A stretch of 64,000 bases of DNA from Acidimicrobiales bacterium (GCA_963667505.2 OY763490.2:3312343-3376342), one strand, 5' to 3'. Counted from the first letter of the stretch, positions 16,698 through 26,077 are shown. Program-made: numbers and translations. Notes: generated from the letters alone by a model not told the origin.

Positions 16698-17702
16698 TTA
16701 GCTGGTGGCGATGTGGGCTACTTCGGTCAGGAGCTCGCGGTTGGCGGCCGGGCCGGGGGAGATGATGTTGACGAAGAAGGCGTGGAGGTCGTGGGCGCTG
16801 ATGAGGTGCTGGAGTTGGCTGCGGCACTGCTCGGGGGTGCCGGCGATCTGGTACTCCGACACCAGTTCGTCGGTCACGAGGCGGCCGACGGCCTCGGGGC
16901 CGCCCTGCTCGAAAGCGTGCTTGAGGCCGGCGATCTCCGTTTCGCTCAGGCCGAGGTTCTTGAGGATCCGGGGCGGGCTGTCCATGATGGCGTAGCCGTA
17001 GAGGTGCTTGGCCTCCTCGATCATCTCGGGCTTGTAGGCCAGCCGGTCGAGGTAGACCCGGGTGAGCGGAGCACTCGCTCCGGCGGTTCCGGCTCTCGCT
17101 CCGGCCGCGGCCTTGCGGGCCTCGTTGGCGATCTCGAAGGCGTCGGCTAGGTCGGACTTGACCATCAGCACCAGACCGTCGGCGCGGGCGCCGGCCAGAG
17201 CGAGCATCCTTTCGCCCCGGGCCGCGACCCAGACCGGGATCGAGTGCGTGCCGGTGGTTAGCTGGGCGCTGTCGAGTGTGAGTCGCCGACCCTGCCAGGT
17301 CACCGGCTCGCCCTGCCACAGCAGCCTGAGGGTCTCGATGGTGTCGGCCATCATCGCCAGCGGAGCGGCCCGCTCCAGGCCGATCGGGTGCAGCACCATG
17401 GTGCCGCCTGCAACCAGCGTGACGAAGGCCCGGCCTCCGCTCATCTCGTCGATGGTGGCGATCGCGGCCGCGGTGGCCGCCGGGTGACGGGTGTAGGGGT
17501 TGGTGACCGGGCCCAGCCGGATCGTGCTGGTGGTCTCGGCTGCGGCGCCCAGCACCGCGTACACGTCGAGCATCAGGCCCTCGTCGGCCACCATGCAGTA
17601 CGAGTATCCGAGCTCCTCGGCCAGCACGATGATGTCGATCAGCTCGGCCGAGCCCATAGTCGGCACGATCTGCAACCCCAGCGCGATGCCGTCGGCGCTC
17701 AT
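16698..17702 (-). CDS. LLM-class (luciferase-like) oxidoreductase resembling F420-dependent methylene-H4MPT reductase (Mer)
   Basis: The block LGPVTNPYTRHPAATAAAIATIDEMSGGRA closely follows the Mer/LLM-F420 pattern. 334 aa. Confidence 0.75.
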   Translation of the reverse strand: MSADGIALGLQIVPTMGSAELIDIIVLAEELGYSYCMVADEGLMLDVYAVLGAAAETTSTIRLGPVTNPYTRHPAATAAAIATIDEMSGGRAFVTLVAGGTMVLHPIGLERAAPLAMMADTIETLRLLWQGEPVTWQGRRLTLDSAQLTTGTHSIPVWVAARGERMLALAGARADGLVLMVKSDLADAFEIANEARKAAAGARAGTAGASAPLTRVYLDRLAYKPEMIEEAKHLYGYAIMDSPPRILKNLGLSETEIAGLKHAFEQGGPEAVGRLVTDELVSEYQIAGTPEQCRSQLQHLISAHDLHAFFVNIISPGPAANRELLTEVAHIATS

Positions 17703-17775
17703 GGCTGCGCTTCTGCGATGTTTCGGATGGCGTTGCTCATGGTGCCTCGGCCTGCCGGTTCGCGCATGGGACGGA

Positions 17776-18495
17776 TCATGGCTGCTCCTGCCAGGGGTCG
17801 TGGGGCGGTCGGATCACGACCGGGCCGATGTCGATGCGGCGGTCGGATCCGAGCAGGTCGGCCACCAGCTCGCCCACCCCGGCTGCGGGCATCATGCGGG
17901 CCCGCACCGACTCGGGAGCCTTGCCGTCCCACAGCTCGGTGTCGATCTGGGCGGGACACAGCGTGATCACCCTGATGCCGCAGTCTCGTCCCTCCAGCCG
18001 CAGCACCTCGCCCAGCGCGTTGAGGCCGCCCTTGGAGGCGGCGTAGGCGGCGTTCCCCTCGAACGCCTGCACCGCGGCGATGCTGCTGATCAGGACGATC
18101 TGACCCCCGGCCGCGGCCAGTGCCTCCCAAGCGGCCCGAGTCAGGGCCATGACCGCGCCCAGGTTGACGTCGAGGACGCGCTGCCAATGACCGGGGGTCG
18201 CCTCCGGCACGGCCGCCTTGTCGAACACGCCCGCGCTGTGGACGATCACATCAATGCGGCCCTGGGCTGCCAGCGTCTCGGTGATCGCCCGCTCAGGCTC
18301 GCCGGGTTCGGTCAGGTCGGCCGCCAAAGTCGTGGCCGTCGGGCCCAGTTCCTCGGCCACGGCCCGCAGCCGGTCCTCGCGTCGCCCCACCAGCACGCTG
18401 CGGACGCCCCGAGCCGACAGCGCAGCCGCGCAAGCCAAGCCGATGCCCGAGCCGCCGCCCGTCACGACCGCGACCGGAGCAGGCCGAGACGTCAT
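17776..18495 (-). CDS. short-chain dehydrogenase/reductase
   Basis: VVTGGGSGIG Rossmann motif and YAASKGG catalytic motif. Start at ATG 18495 (alternative 18516). Confidence 0.85.
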   Translation of the reverse strand: MTSRPAPVAVVTGGGSGIGLACAAALSARGVRSVLVGRREDRLRAVAEELGPTATTLAADLTEPGEPERAITETLAAQGRIDVIVHSAGVFDKAAVPEATPGHWQRVLDVNLGAVMALTRAAWEALAAAGGQIVLISSIAAVQAFEGNAAYAASKGGLNALGEVLRLEGRDCGIRVITLCPAQIDTELWDGKAPESVRARMMPAAGVGELVADLLGSDRRIDIGPVVIRPPHDPWQEQP

Positions 18496-19092
18496 CTGGG
18501 GATCACTCTGCGGCATCGTCCGGGACGCCGATCCCCAGGAAGCCCTCGATGCGGGCCAGCCGCTGCCCGTTCTCCGACACCTCGACCCGCAAGTCGCCGA
18601 TCTCGGTGCCCAGCTTGGTCTCAAGCTGGCTGATCTCGGCTCTCAGTTCGGTGCGCAGGCTGTCCGTGGTCTGCTGCTGATTCCAGATGATGGCCATCAC
18701 TCCCAGGACGACGGCGAGCAGTTGTGCGACAGGGATGAGCTGCGGCCAGCGCGGCGCCACGGTGCCTGCATCCGCCATGGCGGCTGCTTGGCGCACGACT
18801 GCGGGGTCGGCGACGGTCATCTGGGGATCACTCTGCGGCATCGTCCGGGGCGCCGATCCCGAGGAAGCCCTCGATGCGGGCCAGCCGCTGCCCGTTGTCC
18901 GATACCTCGTTGCGCAGTTCGCTGATCTCGGCTCTCAGTTCGGTGCGGAGGTTGTCGGTGGTCTGTTGCTGATTCCAGACGATGGCGAACACTCCGAGCA
19001 CGACGGCGAGCAGTTGTGCAACAGGGATGAGCTGCGGCCAGCGCGGCGCCGCGGCTGCTTCGGGCACCGCTGCGGGGTCGGCGGTGGTCGCC
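18491..19092 (-). repeat. tandem ~325-bp duplication carrying the small coiled-coil gene
   Basis: GTCATCTGGGGATCACTCTGCGGCATCGTCCGGG recurs at 18491 and 18816. The units are alignable throughout with one 33-bp indel. Confidence 0.85.
18503..18841 (-). CDS. small membrane-anchored coiled-coil protein, paralogue 2
   Basis: Has WPQLIPVAQLLAVVLGVMAIIWNQQQTTD and ENGQRLARIEGFLGIG. Alternative start at 18820. Confidence 0.55.
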   Translation of the reverse strand: MPQSDPQMTVADPAVVRQAAAMADAGTVAPRWPQLIPVAQLLAVVLGVMAIIWNQQQTTDSLRTELRAEISQLETKLGTEIGDLRVEVSENGQRLARIEGFLGIGVPDDAAE

Positions 19093-19133
19093 GAGCCTTC
19101 GCCCGGAACGTTGAACGCCTCTGACGCGGCCAT
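18828..19133 (-). CDS. small membrane-anchored coiled-coil protein, paralogue 3
   Basis: Start taken at ATG 19133 (MAASEAF). Near-identical TM and C-terminal motif to paralogue 2. Confidence 0.55.
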   Translation of the reverse strand: MAASEAFNVPGEGSATTADPAAVPEAAAAPRWPQLIPVAQLLAVVLGVFAIVWNQQQTTDNLRTELRAEISELRNEVSDNGQRLARIEGFLGIGAPDDAAE

Positions 19134-19212
19134 GCCGAAACCATAGCCTCTCAGGTGTTCAATGCAACACAATATCTTTAGATACATCTCCGAACATGGA
19201 AATCGAAGGTAC

Positions 19213-20178
19213 TCACGGCTGGCCGAAGAAGGAGGCGGCTAGCACGTCGTAGTTGATGCGGCCGGCGCTGTAGGTGCGTCCGCTGGCCAGGTTGGTGAGA
19301 TGGATCTCGGCCGGGGAGTGCAGCTCGATGGGGATCTCGTAGAAGTCCCGACCGGCGTCCTCGTAGATCTCGATGAACGGGCGCCCGTAGGCAGTGCTGG
19401 CCGCGGACACCACCCGGTCGACGATCTCGGCGCACTGGGCGTCGTCGGCCTCGACGGTCACGTTGGCGATCCCGCCGTAGAGCAGGCTGTCGTTGATGCG
19501 GCCCATCGAGACCAGGTCGTCGTCCACCAGCGGCGGCACCACCCCCAGCCCGTAGGCGTAGCGCAGGCCCCGCAGGTCCATGCCCTCCTCGGCCAGGCGG
19601 TGGATGGACTGCTCCACGATGCGGGCCGCCACCTGCACCGCGGTGACCAGGCTGCGGTTGGGGGCGAACAGCACGTACAGGTCGGCAGGGCCGACCCGGC
19701 AGGCCGAGGCGATCATGTCGGCCATCTCCACCGGCACCGGATCGGACGTCTGAATGGCCACCACCGACTCGTGGTGGTCGTCGCGGTAGTCGGTCCACTC
19801 GAAGTAGTGGTCGAGGCTGTCGCGGTTCAAGGCCCGACCCGGCCCGGCCAGGATGGCGGCGTGCTCGGTGCCGGGAGCCTGCAGGCGCCATCCGGCGATC
19901 TGCGAGGCCACGCAGGCCTCGATGGGATGGTCGATCATCACCCGCACCGCGGTGAGCATCCGCCCGGCCAGCTCGAACGGCTCGTAGCTCACGATCCCGA
20001 GCCCGCCCAGGCTGGCCAGCGTGTAGAGCTGAGCGGCCCGCCAGCCGCCCTTGGCCTCCAGGCCCATGTCGATGACGGTGGTGCCGTTGTCGAGCCGGTC
20101 CACGGCCACGCCCAGCGCGTCGGCCTCGTCCAGGATGAGCCGCACCGTCCTCATCGCCTCACGGTTGACGCTGATCAT
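19213..20178 (-). CDS. mch: methenyltetrahydromethanopterin cyclohydrolase homologue
   Basis: 321 aa. N-terminal SVNREA...LDNGTTVIDMG, then MGRINDSLLYGG, YGRPFIEIYE..DFYEIP, and the tail LASGRTYSAGRINYDVLAASF match the Mch pattern as I recall it. Confidence 0.7.
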   Translation of the reverse strand: MISVNREAMRTVRLILDEADALGVAVDRLDNGTTVIDMGLEAKGGWRAAQLYTLASLGGLGIVSYEPFELAGRMLTAVRVMIDHPIEACVASQIAGWRLQAPGTEHAAILAGPGRALNRDSLDHYFEWTDYRDDHHESVVAIQTSDPVPVEMADMIASACRVGPADLYVLFAPNRSLVTAVQVAARIVEQSIHRLAEEGMDLRGLRYAYGLGVVPPLVDDDLVSMGRINDSLLYGGIANVTVEADDAQCAEIVDRVVSAASTAYGRPFIEIYEDAGRDFYEIPIELHSPAEIHLTNLASGRTYSAGRINYDVLAASFFGQP

Positions 20179-20211
20179 GTCTGCCTCCTGACTCGCCTGC
20201 CCGGAGCTCCC

Positions 20212-20988
20212 TCAGGCGGGGGTGGACTCGCGGGCGCCGAGGGCCGCGTCCACCGGGATGATCGCGCCGTTGAGGTAGCTGGCCTCGGGCGAGGCCGCGA
20301 ACAGGATGGCCGCGGTGATCTCCTCGGGACGGCCGAAGCGGCCCTCGGGGATGTGGCGCTGCACCGCGGCCTGCACGTCGGGGTCGCGCATCCCGGCCAG
20401 CAGCGCCTCGGTGGCGATCAGCCCGGGGGCCACCGCGTTGACCCGCACGCCCTTGGGGCCGAGCTCCAGGGCCATCGCCCGGGTCAGGCCCTCGACTGCG
20501 CCCTTGGAGGCGATGTAGGCGCAGCGGTTGGCCACGCCTAGCCGGGCCAGGATCGAGCTGAGGTGGACGATGGCGCCCTGGCCCCGCTCGGCCATCCCGG
20601 CGGCCACCAACTGGCTCAGCTGGAACAGCCCTCTCACGTTGGCCAGCCATACGGTGTCGAAGGCCTCCAGAGAGAGGTCGAACATCGACGAGCGGTCGAT
20701 CAGCGCCGCGTTGTTGACCAGGATCGACACCGGCCCCAGCGCGGCCTCGACCTCCCTTGCGAGTCGGTCGACGTCGTCCTCGCGGCCGATGTCGGCTTGG
20801 AAGACCTCGGCCTCGCCTCCCGCATCGATGATGGCCTGCCGAGTGGAGATAGCGCCGTCGGCGTCGTTGCGGTAGTTGACCGCGACCAGCGCCCCCTCGG
20901 CTGCGAAGGCCTTGGCGGTGGCCGCGCCGATACCGCGCGAGGAGCCGGTGACCAGCACGGTGCCGCCGTCGAAGCGGTCAGGCCTCAT
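20212..20988 (-). CDS. short-chain dehydrogenase/reductase (FabG-like)
   Basis: VLVTGSSRGIG, NNAA, and YIASKGAVEGLTR motifs. Confidence 0.85.
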   Translation of the reverse strand: MRPDRFDGGTVLVTGSSRGIGAATAKAFAAEGALVAVNYRNDADGAISTRQAIIDAGGEAEVFQADIGREDDVDRLAREVEAALGPVSILVNNAALIDRSSMFDLSLEAFDTVWLANVRGLFQLSQLVAAGMAERGQGAIVHLSSILARLGVANRCAYIASKGAVEGLTRAMALELGPKGVRVNAVAPGLIATEALLAGMRDPDVQAAVQRHIPEGRFGRPEEITAAILFAASPEASYLNGAIIPVDAALGARESTPA

Positions 20989-21075
20989 GTTCGGCCTCCT
21001 CGCGCGGGGATGTGGTGACGTGCTCGCGGGCGTTGTCGCCGGACTCGAGGTGGGGCCTCATGTCCGGCCTCCTCG
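20981..21075. repeat. 22-bp duplication of the SDR ribosome-binding/start region (GGCCTCATGTYCGGCCTCCTCG) 73 bp apart
   Basis: Copy 1 at 20981-21002 contains the SDR ATG. Copy 2 at 21054-21075 contains the lipoyl-gene stop. Confidence 0.8.
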
Positions 21076-21333
21076 GATGGCGGCGGCCTCGGCCTCGTCG
21101 TCGGCGATCACGGCCAGCACCGTGCCCACGTCCACGGTCTCGTCCTCCTCCACCAAGATCCGGGCCACCACCCCGGCGCAGGGTGCCTCCAGTTCGTTCT
21201 CGACCTTCTCGGTCTCGACCTCGGCGATCATCTCGCCCTCCACCACATGGTCGCCCTCGTCCACGTACCAGGCCACCACGGTGCCGTCCTCCATGGTCAG
21301 CCCCCACTTGGGCAGGATCACGTCTGTGCTCAT
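21058..21333 (-). CDS. stand-alone lipoyl-attachment domain protein (E2 lipoyl domain only)
   Basis: 91 aa. ILPKWGLTMEDGTV..., and AEVETEKVENELEAP with the candidate lipoyl-Lys43. No peripheral-subunit-binding domain and no catalytic acyltransferase domain. Confidence 0.75.
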   Translation of the reverse strand: MSTDVILPKWGLTMEDGTVVAWYVDEGDHVVEGEMIAEVETEKVENELEAPCAGVVARILVEEDETVDVGTVLAVIADDEAEAAAIRGGRT

Positions 21334-21372
21334 CGGCGACTCCTCATCTTTGGGCCGTGGCGGTCCGCCGGG

Positions 21373-22502
21373 TCAGTACTCGGCGGCCTTGGCGATGGCC
21401 GCGGCTATGTCGTCGGTGTCGGGGAGGACTACTTCCTCTAAGGGCACCGAGAACGGAATGGGGGTGTCCAGGCCGTCCACCCGCACCACCGGGCCCCGCA
21501 GGTCGGCGAAGCACTCCTCGCTGATGCGGGCGCTGAGCTCGGCGCCGAGCCCGCCGATGCGGGGCGCCTCGTTGGCCACCACCGTCCGGCCGGTCTTGAC
21601 GGCCGAGGCCAGAACCGTCTCAGCGTCGTAGGGCCTGATGGTACGCAGGTCCACCACCTCGACGGACACGCCGTCGGCTGCGGCCCGCTCGGCCGCCTCC
21701 AGCGCCATCGGCACCATGCGCATGGCCGCCACCACCGTCACGTCGGTGCCCTCCCGGGCCACCGCGGCCTGCCCCAGCGGGACGGTGTAGTAGTCGGGGG
21801 GCACTTCGGCCCGGCTGCGGTACAGGGCCTTGTGTTCCAGGAAGAGCACCGGGTCGTCGCTGTCGATCGACGCCAACAGCAGGCCCTTGGCGTCCACCGG
21901 GTTGGACGGCGCCACGATCACGATGCCAGGCACGTTGAGGAACCAGCCCTCCACGCTTTGGGAGTGGTGCGGGCCGCCGCCGAACCCGCCCCCGCAGGCG
22001 GTGCGGATCACCAGCGGCGCGGTGAACTGGCCGTCGAACATGTAGTGGAGCTTGGCCACGTTGTTGACCACCTGGTCGTAGCACTCGGCGATGAAGTCGG
22101 CGAACATGATCTCGGCCACCGGGCGCATGCCGACCATGGCCGCGCCGGCGCAGGTGCCGATGATGGCCGCCTCCGACAGCGGCGTGTCGCGCACTCGCTC
22201 CGGCCCGTACTTGGCCAGCAGCCCCTTGGTGACGCCGAAGTCGCCGCCCATCTCGGCGATGTCCTCGCCGATGAGGAACATCTCGGCGTGCTTGTCCATG
22301 GCCAGGTCCAGGGCGTTGTTGAGGGCCTGGGTGAAGCTGGCCTTGCGCACCCGGTCGCGGCCCTTGCGCGGCTTGCGCCGGGCCCGGCGCTCCCGCGGCG
22401 CGCCCTCAGCGCCGGCAGGCGGGGCCTCGGCGGTTGCGGCCTGCGCGTCGGCGGAAGGGGTCTCGGCTGCTTCGGCGGTTGCGGTCGTGGTCTCGGCGGC
22501 GG

Positions 22503-22506
<4 letters not shown>
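21373..22506 (-). CDS. 2-oxo acid / acetoin dehydrogenase E1 component beta subunit, with an N-terminal Ala/Thr/Glu-then-Arg/Lys extension
   Basis: Start at ATG 22506 (ATGA overlap with the E1 alpha stop). The core from FTQALNNALD..FLIGEDI onward matches the transketolase-like pyrimidine-binding and C-terminal domains. Confidence 0.8.
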
Positions 22507-23480
<974 letters not shown>

Positions 23481-23548
23481 GACGGCTCCTCCTGTCTGGT
23501 CAGCTACAGGGACTGATCTGAGACGCTATCGAGCGGATACCCGCGCAT

Positions 23549-23600
23549 CGAAATTGGCGACGAAACCGCCCTCCCAGGGCGCAAATCGCCACCAATTTCG
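23549..23600. promoter_or_regulatory. imperfect palindrome (CGAAATTGG ... CCAATTTCG arms) between the flavin reductase stop and the E1 alpha start
   Basis: Read directly: 9-bp perfect arms at 23549-23557 and 23592-23600, with further partial complementarity inside. Confidence 0.25.
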
Positions 23601-23614
23601 TGCTGGTGGGGCTG

Positions 23615-24301
23615 CTAGCCGCCGTCAACCGCGGCGTCGGACGAGTCGGAGTACTCGTCCCACGGGATGCGGGGCAGGAAATAGGCGCCCTCGTCCACGG
23701 TGCGCAGGAAGGTCCGCAAGCCGAGCCGGGCGATGGCGCCGAGGCGCAGCGGGTCGATGCGGCCCCGCTCGTCGCATATCGACGAGTCGTAGGCCACCCA
23801 CACCACCTCGCCGATCACCAGGTGGACCTCGCCGAAGACCCGGCCCGGCGTTCCGAGGTCCACCACCTGGTGGACCACACACTCCAGGCGGGCCAGCGCC
23901 TCGCCGACGGCGGGGGAGCTGACCTTGGTAGCCGGCACCGGCGTCCATCCGGCCAGCTCGAACTCGTCGACCTCGCTGGGGGCCTCCATGGCCACCGTCT
24001 CGATGTCGTCGCGGAACGCCTCGCCGGTGACGTTGATCACGAAGTCGCCCGACGCCATGGCGTTGAGGTAGGTGTGCTTCAGGCTGCCGTCCTCCAGCAG
24101 CCCCATGGTGACCCCCACCAGCATCGGGTCGCCCGTGATGGGCAGGTAATAGCTCATCGGGGCGACGTTGTTCACGCCGTCGGGGCTGCGGGTGGACACC
24201 ATGGCGATGGGACGGGGCACGACCAGCTGCGAGAGCATGAACTGGCGGTCCATGGGCGGGTTCACAGCCGGGTCGAAAGTGACGGTGCGCTCGGGATCCA
24301 T
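23615..24301 (-). CDS. flavin reductase-like (FMN-binding split-barrel) protein
   Basis: PRPIAMVSTRSPDGVNNVAPMSYY pattern. Start at ATG 24301 (track alternative 24358). Confidence 0.75.
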   Translation of the reverse strand: MDPERTVTFDPAVNPPMDRQFMLSQLVVPRPIAMVSTRSPDGVNNVAPMSYYLPITGDPMLVGVTMGLLEDGSLKHTYLNAMASGDFVINVTGEAFRDDIETVAMEAPSEVDEFELAGWTPVPATKVSSPAVGEALARLECVVHQVVDLGTPGRVFGEVHLVIGEVVWVAYDSSICDERGRIDPLRLGAIARLGLRTFLRTVDEGAYFLPRIPWDEYSDSSDAAVDGG

Positions 24302-24395
24302 CGGTTCGGCGTCCTTCTCGGCCCTCTCTCCAGGCCGTCTCGGCGTCCGGTGTCTCAAGTGCCGTGCGGTTTGCGGGGTGCTGCCGCGGTCGGCT

Positions 24396-25565
24396 TCAGG
24401 CCCCGTTCGTAGGCCAATGACGGCGGTAGCGCCTCACCAGCCAGCGGTTGAACTGCACCAGGGTCTCCTCCTGCCACGAGTAGCGGCCCCGGGGGGCCAA
24501 GTGCGAGTTGAGGCCCTTCTGGGTCATGGTGTCGGCGTAGATGTCCTGCACGTTGAAGTTGTTGACCCCGGCCTCGGCTGCCTCGAACAGGTACTCGAAG
24601 AGCGGGTCCTCCAGCGCGGCGGGCTCCAGGCAGTAGCCGATGTGGATGGTGATGTGGCCGGTGTCCTGGGGGCTGATTATGAAGTAGGCCACCTCGTCGG
24701 GGACGATGGCCAATGCCAGCGTGGGCGGGATCAGCACGAAGCCGCCCCGCTTGCGCTGCTCGTCGGTGAGGTTGGAGAACACCGGCAGGATGCAGCGCTG
24801 GGTGGGGTTGAACGAGCTGTCGATGTCGGTGAAGTGCTGGATCCGGCCGATGGCGCCGTCGGTGTCGTCCCAGTCGAGGAAGTCGTTCATGTGGCTCGGT
24901 GCGAACGTCTGCAATGGTCCGTGCAGCCTGCTGGCGTGGTACGGGTCGTTGAAGTTCTCCATCATGACCTTCCAGTTCCACGGAAGATCCGGGATCGTCT
25001 TGCCTTCCAGGGTGGTGGTGGACTCCAGCCCGTAGTTGGCGAGCATGTCGTCGATCTTGGTCATGGTGGGGCCGAACGGGGGAGCGTCATGGTCGAAGTT
25101 GGCCATGATGAACCCGTGCCAGATCTCCACCTTGAGTTGGGGCAGCGGATGCTCGGACCGGTCGAAGCCGACGGCCCGGTCCATGGCCGGCGTGCCCAGC
25201 AGGGTGCCGTCGAGGCCGTAGCTCCAGTGGTGGTAGGGGCAGGTGAACCGACGGCAGTTGCCCGAACCCTCGGCGATCACCATGCCCCGATGGCGGCACA
25301 CCGCCGACATAACCCGCAGCTCGCCGTCAGAGTCCCGGGCCGCGATCAGGGGCTCGCCCGCGATGGCGATGCAGCGGAAGTCGCCCGGCTCGGGCAGTTG
25401 GTCGGTCCGGCCCACGCAGAGCCACTCCCGCTGGAAGATGGCCCGCCGCTCGAACTCGTAGAACTCCGGCGACGTGTAGAGCTCGGGCGGTAGCAGCCTG
25501 GCCTCGTCCACCGGCCCGATCGATTCCTCGAAGCTGGCCAGGAGTTCGTCGGTCAGCACCGTCAT
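24396..25565 (-). CDS. Rieske (2Fe-2S) non-heme iron oxygenase alpha subunit
   Basis: CRHRGMVIAEGSGNCRRFTCPYHHW Rieske motif. Start at ATG 25565 (track alternative 25604). Confidence 0.85.
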   Translation of the reverse strand: MTVLTDELLASFEESIGPVDEARLLPPELYTSPEFYEFERRAIFQREWLCVGRTDQLPEPGDFRCIAIAGEPLIAARDSDGELRVMSAVCRHRGMVIAEGSGNCRRFTCPYHHWSYGLDGTLLGTPAMDRAVGFDRSEHPLPQLKVEIWHGFIMANFDHDAPPFGPTMTKIDDMLANYGLESTTTLEGKTIPDLPWNWKVMMENFNDPYHASRLHGPLQTFAPSHMNDFLDWDDTDGAIGRIQHFTDIDSSFNPTQRCILPVFSNLTDEQRKRGGFVLIPPTLALAIVPDEVAYFIISPQDTGHITIHIGYCLEPAALEDPLFEYLFEAAEAGVNNFNVQDIYADTMTQKGLNSHLAPRGRYSWQEETLVQFNRWLVRRYRRHWPTNGA

Positions 25566-25604
25566 TGCTGGTGTTCTCCCTAGGTCTGCTCGCGTGCGGG
25601 CCAA

Positions 25605-25677
25605 GCCCCTTCGGCGCTGAACCTAGTCGGCCCGTGTTCGGGGGCGGGCCCCTTCGGCGCAGAACCTAGTCGGCCCG
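25605..25677. repeat. two ~30-bp direct repeats (GCCCCTTCGGCGCWGAACCTAGTCGGCCCG), period 43 bp
   Basis: Copies at 25605-25634 and 25648-25677, in the intergenic region upstream of the Rieske gene. Confidence 0.8.
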
Positions 25678-25717
25678 CCCGCACCGCCTCATATCGGAGC
25701 CGGGTCTGGCGGAGGCG

Positions 25718-26077
25718 CTAGAGCCGCAACGCGGGCAGCTGCTTCAGCTCCTGATTCCGCGGGTCCACCTCGATGCCGGCCGACTCCAGCGCGACGACGC
25801 CGAGCAGGGGCTCGACGTCGTCGTCGCCGAAGAGGACGGTTGTCGCGGCGTACTCGCCCATGAGCTCGATGTCCGCGCCGGCGACATCGAACTGGGCGGC
25901 GCTGCCGTCAGCCAGTACGTAGGCGCGCCTGCCTCGGGGTTCCAGGCCGATCTCCTCCAGATGCCGCCGTGGCACGAGGGTGTCGGTCGCGCCGGTGTCG
26001 ACCAGGAACAGGCCCTCCCACGATCGCTCCCGGTCGGCCGGGTTTCGGACGGTGACGGTGACATGGATCGCTCCCAT
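25718..26077 (-). CDS. retropepsin-like (clan AA) aspartyl protease domain protein
   Basis: 119 aa with LVDTGATDTLV (DTGA active-site motif) and a size typical of bacterial single-domain retropepsin-like proteins. Confidence 0.6.
   Translation of the reverse strand: MGAIHVTVTVRNPADRERSWEGLFLVDTGATDTLVPRRHLEEIGLEPRGRRAYVLADGSAAQFDVAGADIELMGEYAATTVLFGDDDVEPLLGVVALESAGIEVDPRNQELKQLPALRL

Noticed and set aside
20978-21307. Track ORF 20978..21307 (-) of 109 aa as a real gene.
   Set aside because: It is an Arg/Gly-rich shadow frame overlapping the lipoyl-domain gene. Only its last 26 codons (from ATG 21061) are discussed, as a possible relay mini-ORF.
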